The translations under genes were made by a program, and so were the position numbers. This document shows positions 1 to 14,100 of a stretch of 64,000 bases of DNA, in pieces. Numbering within the stretch: the first letter of the stretch is position 1; each line of letters begins with the position of its first letter. The notes beneath the pieces are model-generated. The model was not told the DNA's origin, did not search any database, and saw only the letters and a list, made by a program, of their open reading frames with translations. Origin of the DNA: Phoronis australis (lineage: Eukaryota > Animalia > Phoronida); the NCBI GenBank assembly GCA_002633005.1, contig NMRA01000177.1, forward strand, positions 573,942-637,941, given 5' to 3'.

Positions 1-854
1 CCAATTTGGTCAATCATCACTCAGTCTCAGCCTCAGGTCAATAAACTCGTTGAAACAATCATGCAGCCTTTCAAAGAATCTGCACCAGAAATACATTCTC
101 TCTCTTTCTCTTACCTGTGTAAAATATGAAAACCCTCGACAGCAGAGTTTTTAAATGCATGCACAATCGTTTATATGAACAACTAGGTCCACGCTGTTTT
201 AGCTTACTAGCTTGTTGTTGACCGCTGGTTGATAAATGGGTCAAGAACAGGGGAAACAAACTGACCTAACTTCGACACCAGAGAGCGCTGACGAGCGCTG
301 GCGGCTCGCTCAGTTCGGCACCGAGCCGCCCGGGCGCCGGTGTTACTGGCCGGGTTTGAGTTCACGAGTGCACAAGTGGTGTTTTAAAAATAGTCGTAGA
401 GTGGAGGATTGAGAAAATTAATACTTTAACTTTACAAATTTGTGACCCAGTCTTCAAATTTTACTGTGTAGTTTCATTTCGTGTATTATCTTTTTTAATG
501 GTGTCAGTACATTTTGTTCCAGGTAGTGGAACAACAAATTCCAACTCTGTATGTGACCACTTCAAGACCACCGCGATACTGACCCCTTTGAGATCGCTAT
601 AAATGTTCCTTAGCGTTGTAGAACTTCGTTGTTACTGCCGCGAACAACATACAGTGCACAATTTAATTATGCAGGAAAGCATAGGGCAAACCAGCTAGTC
701 CCTTATAAACTGCATGTGAGTGCTTCAACATTTAACTTCAGTAATATCTTAGTCAATTAAGTGCAGTTTAAATTCTTAATTACCACATTCTGTTGATGTC
801 TGGAATTTGGAATAACTGGCAGTTCACAGCAGGTTTTTGAATACTAATTAAGTG

Positions 855-1000
855 CAGCGGCGGATTTGAGAAGGGGGCCATGGCCCCACCCCCCTAGTCT
901 CCCAAATTCCATTTGACAGTTCGGGGGTGCTAATGTCTGACGGACAAAATCCTGGCTAATACTCTGCTCTGGCCCCCCTAACTACCAGGATCCGCTTCTG
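855..1000. mobile_element. 146-bp MITE, CAG...CTG ends, 5-bp TSD AAGTG
   Basis: CAGCGGCGGAT / ATCCGCTTCTG, AAGTG on both sides; inverted homolog at 26941-27100. Confidence 0.85.
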
Positions 1001-4000
1001 AAGTGGAAAGGAAGTAAGTTAATACCCTACTTTAATTGTTGAGACAAGTCTGATTTCATTGGCAAACTAACTATGCAGATAATATGCAGGAAATATGATA
1101 TGTTGATAAAATATGTGGATTTCCTTTCAAATCATTGTCTCAAACATAGTTTTTATTTTCCAATCTATTAAATGGCATGTCTCGTACTTGGACATTAAAA
1201 GCGTTTGGTCAATTAATTGTTTGTGAAAAGTGTTGTAGTATAAACTTGCTGATCACACACAGTTTTTCAATGTTAAAGGTACTTTATGATTTAGGACTAG
1301 CCAGTTTCAGAAAAGTGGTTTGCTAGTTATTTAGTTGCCGTTAAAACTCGTCATTTCATTTCGTATTCCGTATGCTGTGATAGTAAAGTTTGCCAGTTCT
1401 TTCAGACGATGTTCCGTAATGAAGAACATTTTCAAATCATCACTAATAGATCCCAGTTTCAAGTAAATGCATCTCAAATCCGTTAAAACATCGAAAAACT
1501 GACCCGATCGGTTTCTACTTCTCCTTGGTTACAAATAGATCACAATCTTTAAAAGTGGTCTATTTGTTCGTTGTTCATTTCTTGTTTTTTACAAATTTGC
1601 TGACTCATTATCCACAATACTACAATCTGTACTGGAGAACACGTTAACAAACGTGATTCTCTCGTGCAAGATGTTTCACGGTCCCTGCTTCACGTAACAG
1701 ATGTCCGTTACGTAAAGCGGAGACGTTTGAAGATTCGTGATGAATTTTGGGTACAATAGGCAAGAAGTGTACCCGAGTTGTCCCTGCTAACACTGCCTCC
1801 GGTTACAGTATTTGTCCCATTTTTTCTTTCACATTTGAGGTGTTTTGAAAAGTAGCAACAGGTGAAGGATTGGGGAAATTACTACTTGAACTTAACAAAA
1901 GTTGTAACTTAAACTCATTCTTTAGAGCTGTGAGCTGAAAGAGATTGTAGCGTCCCAGTTTTCGAATACACAATTCGTTTCTTTGTCCAATGCCACGCTT
2001 AATTAGTTATTGCAGCACATGTACACGTTACTATTGACTTAGTTGGTATGTACATATGCCAAAATTGAATTCGTAGTAGTTTTAGAGATAGCCAACCCCA
2101 ATAAACTACTAGGTTTTTTCTCGAGTCGATGATGTTTTTGGTGTTCCTATTGGAAACAAAAAATGAAAAACAGAAAACTAATGAAATCCTTTGATGCTAG
2201 AAAAATATTGAAGGACTAATTTACAAGGGCAATTGTCTAGCGCCGTCCTTTCAAGAGAGGATCCAGACTGAAAGGGGGCCTCTTCAAGAGGCCTAGAACG
2301 CGATAAACACACTATTCAACCTAATCACCAGGTATTTTTTAGGTTTATTCGTAAAAAAATAACTTCTATTGATATCAAAGCATTTTCTTTTATTTCCAAA
2401 TTTCAAAAAAAGGATCTGTCAGCTGCTCGCCACTTCGTCGATTTTTCTCGCACAAAGCAAATCACGCCTCCTTATTTGGTATGGCAAGACATAGACGTAG
2501 CACATTTCCCTTATATGGAAAATGTGACCTTTGACCTGAAGCGACTTCAAGCAACTGACTGTGAGCGCATGTGCGCATTTATCATAAGTGGGAGGGACAT
2601 TAGAAACTCTGTGGTAACGACAGAGTTTTTCCTTTGCACGTATTTAAAAATCGTGATTTATATTATTTTTCCTGGACATTTCGTCACAAGGAAAGTGAAT
2701 TACTCTATACTAGACGTTGCTTGATGGTACTTTCGTCAGGAACTATTTAAAAGGCATTATTGACGAGCTTTCGCGTTCCATGCCTCTTTGTTATGAACGA
2801 CCATGTCATTAAAAAACAGGGAGTGACCGCACAGTTTGTTTCCATCACAGGAGTGACATTCCTTAACATAAAAGTCTTTACAATTTGACAAAAAAAGTAA
2901 AGAGAGGTAATTGATTTCATCAATGGAACACCCCTCCCTGTGAGCGACTCCTCAAGAACAAAGAAGTAATAAAATACGAAAATGGTGACCATGCCGCCAT
3001 CAATGTCCGTGTCGGATCTCTCCAAGACCTCAGTTGTACCCTAGATATGAAGGAATATACAACTTCAAAAATAGGAAGTGTGCACCAATTGATACTATCA
3101 TTAGTGCTTCTTTCCGCCGTGCTTGTCCCAACTTATACCACGTAAAGTGCAGTTTCCCAAAAATGAAGAAAGAGGGTGACGGATAACTTCACTATTCGGC
3201 GCCAGATGGAGCCCTGGAGAAATGCATTGAATCTCGAATTAAAAAGTCTGAATCAGTTTAATGCTTTTAATATTAATTTATTTTATTTATTTTTCAATCG
3301 CATTTTGAATGCATGCAATTTACCCAGTGATGTGGAGTCATAGGGTAATTTAAACAGTACGTTGTCTGAATTGGGACAGTTAGGAACAATCAGGCCAGGA
3401 CTGTTTAAAAAGGTAATAGAGTTTCGCCAGAAAACTACAGGCGTATAACACTAGTGGAAGTCCTAAGTAAAATACTAGTACGTCTTTTCCCCGTTTAATT
3501 TATGTTTAAATACAATGTGAAGCTTACCTCAGATCAGATACATGTATGTTTAATCGATTGAACGTGTAAATTTCAATGATGACGAATGTTTTACTAACTT
3601 ATGGTTTGCAAAAATTTGAGTGACTTACGCGTGATTGTCAAATTTGACGAAAAGAAATAATACTGTTTGATATCGATACCTTTGATTTTGTATATTGAAA
3701 CTTTTTATCTGTGTGTAAATGTTTGAAAGAAGACGACAATAAAGTTCGTCTATCCACCTGTAGATGTCGTTTCCCTTATAGATCAAAATAACTACCAGGT
3801 ACACATCCTCTGAAAGGGATTTTGTTGTTTTTAAGGCCGAAAAACGCATGTTTGACGTTATTGGATAGACGTCTTGAAGTTGTTAGCTTTGACCAGAGAT
3901 ATAAAACCACCAAGTGCTTTGCTTTTGTGATTCTCTATTTTGTCTGCCAGACATTGCTAAAATCAAGGTCGACGTCTACTTTTTAAACACGCTTAAAATT

Positions 4001-4452
4001 CCATTCTACTTAACGGTGGATTTGGTTCAGTGAACATATTGCAAGTGCTTTGATTTGCCTCACAAAGTTTTGTTCAATGTTGTCTGTAAAAGCTTGAAAG
4101 TACACCAAACCCGATTTTGTCTTATTAATAGATATTAATAACGACTTCCCATGTAGTTCTCGGGAACGAAATAATGCTTTGCAACCCTCGACAACACCCA
4201 AAATTTGGAGACAAATCTGAAATTTCCTTACAAAGTCTGGTAAACGGGTAAGCGTGACATAAGCTTCTGGCGAATACACAATTGTAGGGAAAAATATTGC
4301 CCTCCAGGAAAAATTTTTGCTTAAACAGGTCGTGCGTGGGCAGAAATGTACGTCTGGTTTAGCTGAAATCTTGAGTTGCATGAAACCTAAGGTATTTTAC
4401 AACGAGTTGAAAGTTACATTACCGACTAGAAAAGTAATTTTCTGATATCATC

Positions 4453-4520
4453 CTGAGCGTGGAATCGAACCTTAAATTCCCATGGTCGCAGTCAAACGCT
4501 CTGCTAGCAGAACTAAATCC
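4453..4520 (-). mobile_element. Degenerate tRNA-derived (SINE-like) head
   Basis: B box GGTTCGATTCC and decayed A box on the minus strand. Confidence 0.45.
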
Positions 4521-7500
4521 TAGTTGATAAATGGCAGAGTATTTAAACGTACTTAAACTGTAAAATCAACGGTTTTGATTTCAGTGAATGTCTAGTAGAC
4601 AACGTTGAAAGTTGGTGATTTGTAACAAAAGCGTGCTAAACTAGGGCCTTGTTGTTTTATAATTCTTGTCAAAACTAAAATTTCAAGAAGTCTCTCCCAT
4701 GCAACAGTATTCCAAGATTTTTTTAGGCATCAAAACCGATAACGTCCATTTAAAGCTGCATTTCGTCCTATTTTACTGGCTAAGAACGAAACCGTTCGCA
4801 AAATCCAATATAGCGCTTCGGGTTTTATTAGGGTCTGCCATCCCTAAATTTGCAAATTCAAAAATGGCGCAGGCGCGCATTATCTATGACTTGAGTTGGT
4901 AACGGAAATGGAACTCCATCGAAAAGGAATAATTTAAAACCGAAGTTACGAGAGTAAAGGCCAGTTAGTTGAAACACTAGAACAGGGCAAAATACAGATT
5001 TGTCGAAATGCCCTGCAGGAGACGTTCATAACACACAAGGATAGTCTTTCTCAGTCTACTCAGTTTTTTGTTAATTGTGCAAATATGTTCTTTACGAGTG
5101 TAACAATGCACGGCCTATGTTTCACTGTCTAATGCATTTTAAGTTAATCTATTTAAATGGCAAACAGTTCATTTAGCCGCTCGGTTGCACCTGTTAATTA
5201 CTACAATTACGGCAGGTAACTACAGATGTATTGCCCTGATTGAGTTCAGTCTTTTCGCTTCAGCGTCAAATGTATGGCTCGGTACTGAAAACCAATGCAG
5301 CACAAAGCAGAGTGCACAAATTATCTTATTTAAAGGACGACAGCGTTATATACTGTATTTTGAATGACTCACGCTTCAAGCAGAAGGAGTGAAAAGCTAC
5401 CATCAATTTTCCTGTAAATAAGGCCCAAGCGAATCGTCATTCCATGAATTACTTAGCGGATGCAAACACATAATAATAAAAGCAATTACTGACTTTCACA
5501 GTAGAAAAATGTGTTAGTTTTCAGACCCCAAAAATGTGAAAATGACTGAGGCTAGGGTCTGTACGCCAACACATTGACCGAGTGTGAAAGTCAATAAATC
5601 TCTAATAACCATCCTTTCAATCTTCTCTACTAATTTCGAGAATTTCAATGACATGCACTCAATACAATCCTCTAACCTTCGACAATTGTGACCTCCAGTT
5701 TTCTACAGTAATGAGAAATTTTGCAATATTTAGCAACATACCGCTAAATTTACTTTTATTTCTTGATTTCGCTATCTTTTCAAAATAATTGTAGCATTTT
5801 AATGCAAATTACGACATATTAAATTTATGCTTCAGATAAAAGTACAGCGGGAACGCTAGCAAAAATGACACTACAGTAATTTCTTTAACAGGTCGTACAG
5901 TAATGTACAAACTATTTTTCCCTTGGCCACTTTGTGTTCTACTAATGTAGACAAAAGTAGCCGAACAAACTATTAAAGATGACAGTCAAGTGTTCGAATT
6001 GCTGGAGATAAAACATCGTTAATAAAAATGAATTACTGAGAGCAACGATGGATTCCGTCCGAGACGGTGGTTTGGCAATGTGAGTTATAATAGATGTCAG
6101 CATTCCCGTGCTGCCATTATGGCGTTTTGTCCATGCCCATCTTGCAGAGTCTTAGTTAGTTTTATCTATTTACGTCATAATAAATGACAATATTCGCTAT
6201 CCTCCTCTTGTTTTACTCTGCAACATAGCTCGTGGCGTACCCCGGGCAAAATAGATTACGATAAATAATATAAATAACATATTGTTATCCCGAATTATGG
6301 ATTTCCTTCAACTTGAACGCTGTGTTACTTTACTTTTTCCTGTCGCAGAATATGTTTATAAATTTTATCCTGCTATTATATTAGTCATCTCATTACATAA
6401 CGTCCACTTGTTAACCTCTTCATGACTATCCTATTCATTCTCAGAGATGTTCAGTAATACCTTTTGTTCTTTGAATTGTCAGAGCTGTCCTATCCGTATT
6501 TGTACATTTGATAGGCTAATTCTTGTTTCTCTAATCTCTGGGTATTTATATCTCATTCAGTAATTGTTTTTCGCATTAATATGGTTGTTCTCCTCATGTA
6601 ACGTTGGCAATCTTCAATATATTAGGCAAGGCACGTCTCAGCCAGATACACCTAACGAACCCCTCAACGTACAGTCGCATTTTGATGCCGTCTCCTACTA
6701 TCCGAAACAGTAGACGCAAAATGGGGCCCAGCGAGGCCATGTAACTCAACTACTCGCCACATGCTCAGCCTATGTTGTCGTTACGACAAAGGCATTTGAT
6801 GTCACCATTACCGCCAAAAACCAATCCATCAACGTGCTCACAGACAAAATTCACAGCAGACTGGGCGAGGACACCATCGTCCAAGACACCATCATCATGA
6901 CAGCCACGGAGCTCGCATTACCTACCACATTTGTTCAGTTAAAGCATCCAACACCATCACTGATGTTACCGCACCCAAAACACCGACGACGATGACAAGC
7001 GTACCGATTCTGAAACTGCCAAGATTCCACGATGACTACCTCGAACATCCTGCTTTTCGGGATATGGACGTGGCTACCGTCCACAGCACCATCTGCCTAG
7101 CGGATATTCAACTCTACTGAAAGAATTTCTTAATTCTGAATGTTTACAAAAACAAAATGAACCATACTCGGCACGCTCATTTGTTACAATATTCGGCATT
7201 TTTCGAACGACATTATAATGTATTTATAAATGTACTATGTAGTAATGTACACGATAACGTCACACGAAAATAGACAATCTTCGTATCGCGAAATGTACAC
7301 GTCATATGCAATACTGCAAATGAGCCCAAATACGAACATATATTATTTCACACCAACATCCACTCATAGCCATCACCACTGCACCGGTATATATATTTAC
7401 TAAATCCTAATTTGAAAAATTTGCTGACAGTATGCCAACTTCAGGGATGACAATAATATCTTTCCTTTCGTATTTGTGGTTGGCCCCTACATTGCGAGAT

Positions 7501-8092
7501 CCTACACCCACCAGTGACATGTGCCCATCTTCTACGCTCGTGGACAATAAGCGTGTTACGTTCTTATGGACAAAATCCATGTCTGCGCACTTTCAGAAAT
7601 AATAACCACCATGCTAATCATGACAGAATTTTCTGTCTCTGCTTTTCAGTCAGCCGGTCAAAATCAGTAATTTTAAATTTGGTGCATAGTCGTATTAGAA
7701 ACAAGCAACAGTGCTCCCTTGAAACGCAGGGGGTTGCCATGATGATATGTACTGGTGCCATGGTAACCAGGTATTTTGCCAATCACCTCAAGTAATGTAC
7801 ACACAGAGACTCTTCCGTGTACCTCCATGACGTCATTAGTTAATTTGTTTAATTGCCACAGCATTGTAAGCCTCATAGAGGCTGGGTGCTTCATAGGCAC
7901 AATACCTAGAATAAAAACTCAAAGATCTATTCATTCATATAAACATTATCTCAAGGAAATTTTGGCTATCACACAAAAACAAACTGTGAGACACAGAAAG
8001 ATAAGCTATCGATGTATCGTCGTAGCCGTGTCAGTTCAAAGTCTCCATATCTTACTTGTACCATAAGTTTTCTCACAAATGCGAGTATCATC

Positions 8093-8131
8093 ATGCGATT
8101 GCTGACGTTTCTTTTATTGGCTACTATATGC
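8093..8131 (+). CDS. Exon 1: signal peptide MRLLTFLLLATIC
   Basis: ATG in ATCATG context, hydrophobic core, GTAAGT donor, phase 0 matches exon 2. Confidence 0.75.
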
Positions 8132-11100
8132 GTAAGTAAAAAGTTGACAATACTAGGACTTTTGGGCCACAGGCAGTGTATGGCAACGGGACCCAAAATC
8201 TTTCAGTTGGCATCGCAGTCATATTTATTTGTAGCTTTGACTCTCCAATTCTTGTCTCTGCTGTTTTAACTTTGACAATTTCAGTGTTTATTTGTGTAAT
8301 TCATCATAATGGTTGGTTACTTTTTCGCTGATGTTGTTTTAAGTTAACGGGACATCATTGTTTTTGCGGTCAAAATGTAATTTTGGGACTATTGTTGGAT
8401 GGGATAGAGTTCTTGAAGTTATTAGCTTTGACCAGAGGTATAAAACATCAAAATCTGGCGTGTTTTTGTGATTTTATGGAATATCGTCAATTATCGCCTT
8501 TGTTTGCCAGACATTCGCGTCCTTACTATTCAAATATTTTAAAATACTCATAGCGTTCGGGTGTATCTGGGGTGAAGCGTATTTCTGCAAAATCACTTTT
8601 ATCGGCGAGAATGTCCTTTTAAAACGAATCGTTTGAAGAGTTCGATATACGTTTCTCAAAATACAGGAATCTTAAATTTGACTTTAAGTGCTTAAATGGT
8701 TACCCATTAAAAGTTCACTTACATAGAATAAAAAATCTCAGCTAAAATGAACGTAAATGTAGCATACAGTTTGCTTCATCGGCCCGGAAATTTCCGTTTT
8801 CTATTTTTGACTGGGTCGGAATAAACTGTCAGTTGAGAACTGAAGAATTGTTTGGTGTACTTCATGCAGCCAATCTATGCAAGGAATGTGAAATTGAAGT
8901 GCCTGCAATTTTCCTATAACACTGTTTACATATGGTCTTCTACATTGTTCTATTTTCACGACAAGAATCATTCACAATCAAGTTGCAGAGTATTACACAG
9001 TTGATAAGAAATGTTGGAATAACATAAGTGAAAAAGTAATGACCAGTTTTCTTATAGATGTCTAGTTAGAGTCAGTTTAGACGGAAGTGTCCCATAGATT
9101 TCTAATGGAGTCAGTTTAGACGGGGAAGATTCGTAGTGATGTTTAGTTAGAAGATTCATTTAAGAACAATTTTCATCGCTTTTGATAACGTTTCTGAATC
9201 TGGAAATGTAGAAATGATTTTGAGTCTAGAAAAAACACCCTTTTTAGAAAAGCAAGCAAAGCAATGTGTTCCTTTCATGCAGTATTTGTTCCAAAGTAAG
9301 AGCTTTCTTAAGACTCGATGAATTCCTGCCAATCAAATTATGATGTTGTGAGTCCCAATTCATCAGATAACACGTTTTGTGCAAAAATCATTTTTTGTCT
9401 ACAATTTATCGTACAGTTCACTGTATCACAACATATGTGAGTCGACATAAGTTGAGTAATAAAACGGTGTGACCCGGTTTCGAGGAATTTTGAATTCTAA
9501 GAAGACGATCCACTTTATGGCAGCCGTCCAAAACTGATATCAAGGGCGGTACCCAGCCTCGTCCCAGGCCTATATCATTGTAGATGGCGCTAATCGGATT
9601 AGCCTTTTTGAAGCTTGTGACGGAGAAATTTACTTGCCAGAATTCTGAATATTACGGAAATCACCGGAATATTACGAGTTCTACAAGTTATATCAACTTT
9701 AAAGGTACTGTAGTATAAGACAAAAATCAAACCTAACGACAACTATGCAGCAATTTAGGTCTACATTATTGCAAAAATGATATGTTTTGATCCAAAACAG
9801 AATAATTTCTCTAGTGCCATCAATAAACAGAACGAAAAATAAGTACGCAAACAACTTTTATTTCAAACAACAACCAAAACAATGTCTTCTGCTTCCGAAT
9901 CGTGAATGGCAGCAACAGCGCCTGCGAAAATACTTAAAAATTTACGTTTGGATCTTGTTTAGTGTCGGGAAAAGATACCTAAATTTATCACATCAAAGAA
10001 GTAAAGACAAGAATTTTCAAGAACAGCTATTTTAAATATTCAGAGATTCACGTGTTTGAAGCTTTTTGTGTCGGTCTTGTTAGCGGTGAACGTCGTCTAC
10101 GGCCAATCAGCGGGCAGAAGGGATATCTCCTCACCAAGCCCCAAATGGCACAAGCGATCAGCGCCATCTTGAGACTTGGGGATGAGGCTGGGGCGTACCA
10201 CAACACCCGGTCAAACGAAGGCGCTGCGAAGAAACGTGCAACGGTGGGAGGCATTCTCGTCCCTAAGCCTCAAGATGAAGCTGATCGCTTTAGCCATTTG
10301 AGGCGACATCCCTTCTGCGCGCTGGTTGGCCATAGACGACGTTCACCGCTGACAACAGCGACACAAGAAACCTTCAAACACTTGAATCTCCGAATATTAA
10401 ATACAAATCCTTGAAGATTCATGTCTTTTCTTCTTTGATGTGATGGATTTCAGTATTTTTTCCAGAAACTAAAAATAACTGAGAACCAAACGCAGATTTT
10501 AACTAATTTCACAGGCGTTGTTGTTACTACCATTTGTGATTCGGAAGCCGTTTTTCGTTTTTGTTTGAAATAAAAGGTGCTCGCGCATTCATTGTCAAAT
10601 CTGTTTTATTGCACCATAGAAATTATCCTGCTTTTGCATTAAAACACATAAAATTTTCAATGATCTAAAGCTCATTTTGATTTTTTATATCATACTTCAC
10701 CAAATTTCAGATGTGATATCACTCGTGATATCCCTGCGAAGTCCGTAAAAATGTGTCAGAATTCTGACAAGTAAATTTCTCCTCACGAGACCTCAAATGG
10801 CTTGGGGACGAGGCTGCAGTGGGAGGAGGGAGATAAAGTTTGAAGAAGTTGGAAATATTATCTTCTCACGGGCCTGTCCTTTTGTTTTCAGAGCGGCCAA
10901 GCGAAGCCAGTCACAAAAAGACAAGCTGTCAATGGTAAGCAAAAATTATATCCATGTTTCCCATAGTTATATAGTAATGCTGCCCGTACTTAACGTGGCT
11001 ACAACCTAGGTGGTAATCGAACCTTTACCAGTGTCCGCAGAACACTAACAACGGAGCAGAACTGCTACTACTATTACCATTCTGCACGCGGAAAACCCCT

Positions 11101-14100
11101 AAAGAAGTCTTAGCCTACCATGCACACAGTATCCCTCCAACGGAAACCGAGCACGCACAAGGTAACTTACTACGGACAAAGGAGATAAGGTACCGTGAAC
11201 GTTGTTCTGCGTGGCAGCAGCTTGACACTCTTATCTTTGAAAGAAAAACGGATGTTTTGTATAGTTGTAAGCAACAGTTGAAACATTTACATGTAGGTTG
11301 AGGGAAAGTATTTAATGTTAAAAGGATACTAGACCGTTTTGATGATTTCCACCAATACTCGTTCTGTCATCTCATTGGTGTCAATCTTCCAAGTTAAGGG
11401 CAGGAATCAACTAAAACTCATACTCCCTATGTTACAAATAGGACATTATGGTTCTGGGTGGGTGGTCTTTTCCCACAGTGGTCGTGTAATTCGCTAAAAG
11501 CGTAGGTCACGCTTGCCCGTTCAGGAGACTTCGAAAAGTTTTCAAATTTTCTTCCAAACTTTTGAGGGCTGCTGAGGGTTACAGAACATTATCTTGTTTC
11601 AGAGAACTGGAAGGGAAAGTCGTTTTTAGTATCTATTAATAGGTCAAAACCGGGTTTGTTATCTCTTTAAAGCATTCTTGTATTTTGCATGGTTGTGTAT
11701 GTAAGCTGTAATTGAGTGTTTGTTGTCAATATCTTAGTACGGAAATAAGCCGCGCCTTGATGCAATGCCCTCTGGCAATTTTGGGAACACTACCCAAAAA
11801 GAAATTGAAAACATTTTGCGAAAAACCACATTGGTGTTGACTTTCATAAATGGAAATGTAACCCTTTGAAATGGCGTTGTGAGAAAGTTTAGAAAGACGG
11901 GTCATTTGACTTTCTGTCGTATTTTTCATTATTTCGCCACGGCTGAGGTTACAGTAATTATTATCCATGCCTAACTGTTATTCTGTTATTAACTCACAGT
12001 TCCTGTCATCTAACCGAACCATTGTTTCTTATGTCCGTTGCAGCAATCTGTCCAACAGGATGGAGCAAGTGGGAGAAAAAATGTTATATTCTCAAGCAAA
12101 CAACGGTGCGTTCTTAGGCAGTGTAACTTAATTTTTATAAATGCAACATTTGTCCATACATAGACTCATTGTGTGTGGCGGGAGGAGCTGTCATCGTAAT
12201 GTCGAAAATTTGCTTGCGTTTCAGGCCCAGGCTTTCGATTTTTTGAACCCGTACTCGACTCAGACTCCAAATTTAACCAATCACAGCGCACGATTCGAGT
12301 ACAAAGTTCTTAGATTACTTGATGCGTGTCCTGCATTTGGCCAGTTTTTGAGTCACGTTTCGAATACAGAGATAAAACTTGGATCCAAATATCATTTTTA
12401 CTGTAATTATAAACAGATTACCGGGCAAAGCATTGTTCCCCCCACTATCTGAATAGACCGGACATAACAATTTTTATTGGCTTGCTCTTGGTACCCACAT
12501 TAAACGCATGTCTTGACGAATTTTTTTCCTGTGTAATCGCTAGTTTGTCTGTATTTCATATGGAGACGGATGTCGCAAGCGTTGTCCTAGACTAGTCCCC
12601 CAGTCTGTGTTGCCTCCTGCCGCTCTCGGCGTGGCTGGGGAACGGATAACTAGACTACTACCACTGCGAGACCAGACGATTCTGATCTCCCTTTACTGAT
12701 TATTCGTCATAGAAATGACGTAGAGTATCTACAGTTTGAATTTTTATTCTTTGTATTCCGCTCATCCTCAAGGAATAACGTTTCAAATTATCAAAAAGAT
12801 TACAATAGTTCGCATTTACCGGCAGTGCATGGTTCTAAGTCTTTAGACCTCCTTCACTTCTTCGATAGCAATTCACAAAACACACATCATTCATCAATAT
12901 TGAGCTTTGATCAGTACGTATAATTGTAAGCCTCTGAGTACGGCACCGGAAGGTTGTTTTGTGACGAATTCGGTGATGACTATCATTTTTATAGAAACCA
13001 TGGTTGCCTGCTGAAAACGATTGTAATCAACATGGCGGCCACCTGGTTAGCGTCGATTCGTCAAAAGAACAGGAACATCTGAACTTATTGTTAGCAGGTG
13101 CTAAGATCAGGTGTGTATTTCATTTATGCCTTTATTCAATTCTATACACATCAAATTTACTTCTCCAAAAACAAACGTTAACCGCATTCATTTGATTCAA
13201 TCAGAAATGTTGAAACAACACAGGCTTAGTTTGTAACTCGGTAAGCTATCTATTGTCGGATTTGCATTCTACCATAGATCATAGACAACAGACACAACAG
13301 AATCTCAACTCCGATATTCCCGTGAAATTCCTGCTGAAGGTGTCACTTGCTTCGCATGCTTATCTATAGCTTCCGGTTGGTGTTGGGCAAAGACAACAAT
13401 TGTGGTCTGTGTCAACAAAAGCCCTCGTTTGGACTTTGTCTCAAAACTAAAAAAGCATAACTTTCTGAAAACATACTAGCGGGGGTTTCTCAAAGATGGA
13501 GGAATTCAAGAAAGCCATGCTTTGCTACGTTAACCGGAAAAATTTGAGATGACAAAAGTGACGAAAAAATTGTGATTCTGGCCTTTTTGAATCTAAAATC
13601 ACAAATTCTCGATTGCCCCGTTCCAAGCGAAGAGACTAGAATCTAAACGTTCATGCACTCTTGATTCCAGAAATTTAGGTTAAAAAGTCATTACCAAACA
13701 GAATTTTGATAATTTACACTTGTCTGAAGGTTACCTGTACAGTGGCGGATCTAGAATATCACAAGGGNAACATTTGTGCAAAGCACAATTAGATGCGCAT
13801 AGCACCGAATGGAGGGAGGTCGGGAGGGGGGTCCGCCCCCCTCACGCCCAGGAAAATTTTTCTGTTTTTCCTCTAAAAATCAAGCATTTTCCTTGATTCC
13901 TGAAGTATTATGCAAGAAAAAAGACAAAGAAAAGAAAAAAAGGCAATAGTCACAGACTCGAATTCACGATCTGACGTTTAATGCGCGCGTGCTTTACCAA
14001 TGCACCACTGACGACTTCACTCACATTCTTAATAATAAGAGATGTAGTTGTTTATGGTCCACAGCGTTTGCACGCGAAACCTACTTCTTTTTGTAATGTT

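Noticed and set aside
2277-2293. Histone-type stem-loop GGCCTCTTCAAGAGGCC
   Set aside because: Wrong stem/loop geometry and no histone ORF upstream
4453-4520. Functional tRNA gene (also 44437-44507)
   Set aside because: Acceptor and D stems do not pair; kept only as SINE-like relics
3870-8515. Direct repeats (about 3870-3955 and 8410-8515) as LTRs
   Set aside because: Short and diverged, no TG..CA ends or retroviral interior; they flank exon 1 and are probably repeat fragments
10048-10414. Overlapping similar ORFs on both strands
   Set aside because: Artefact of the two inverted MITE copies
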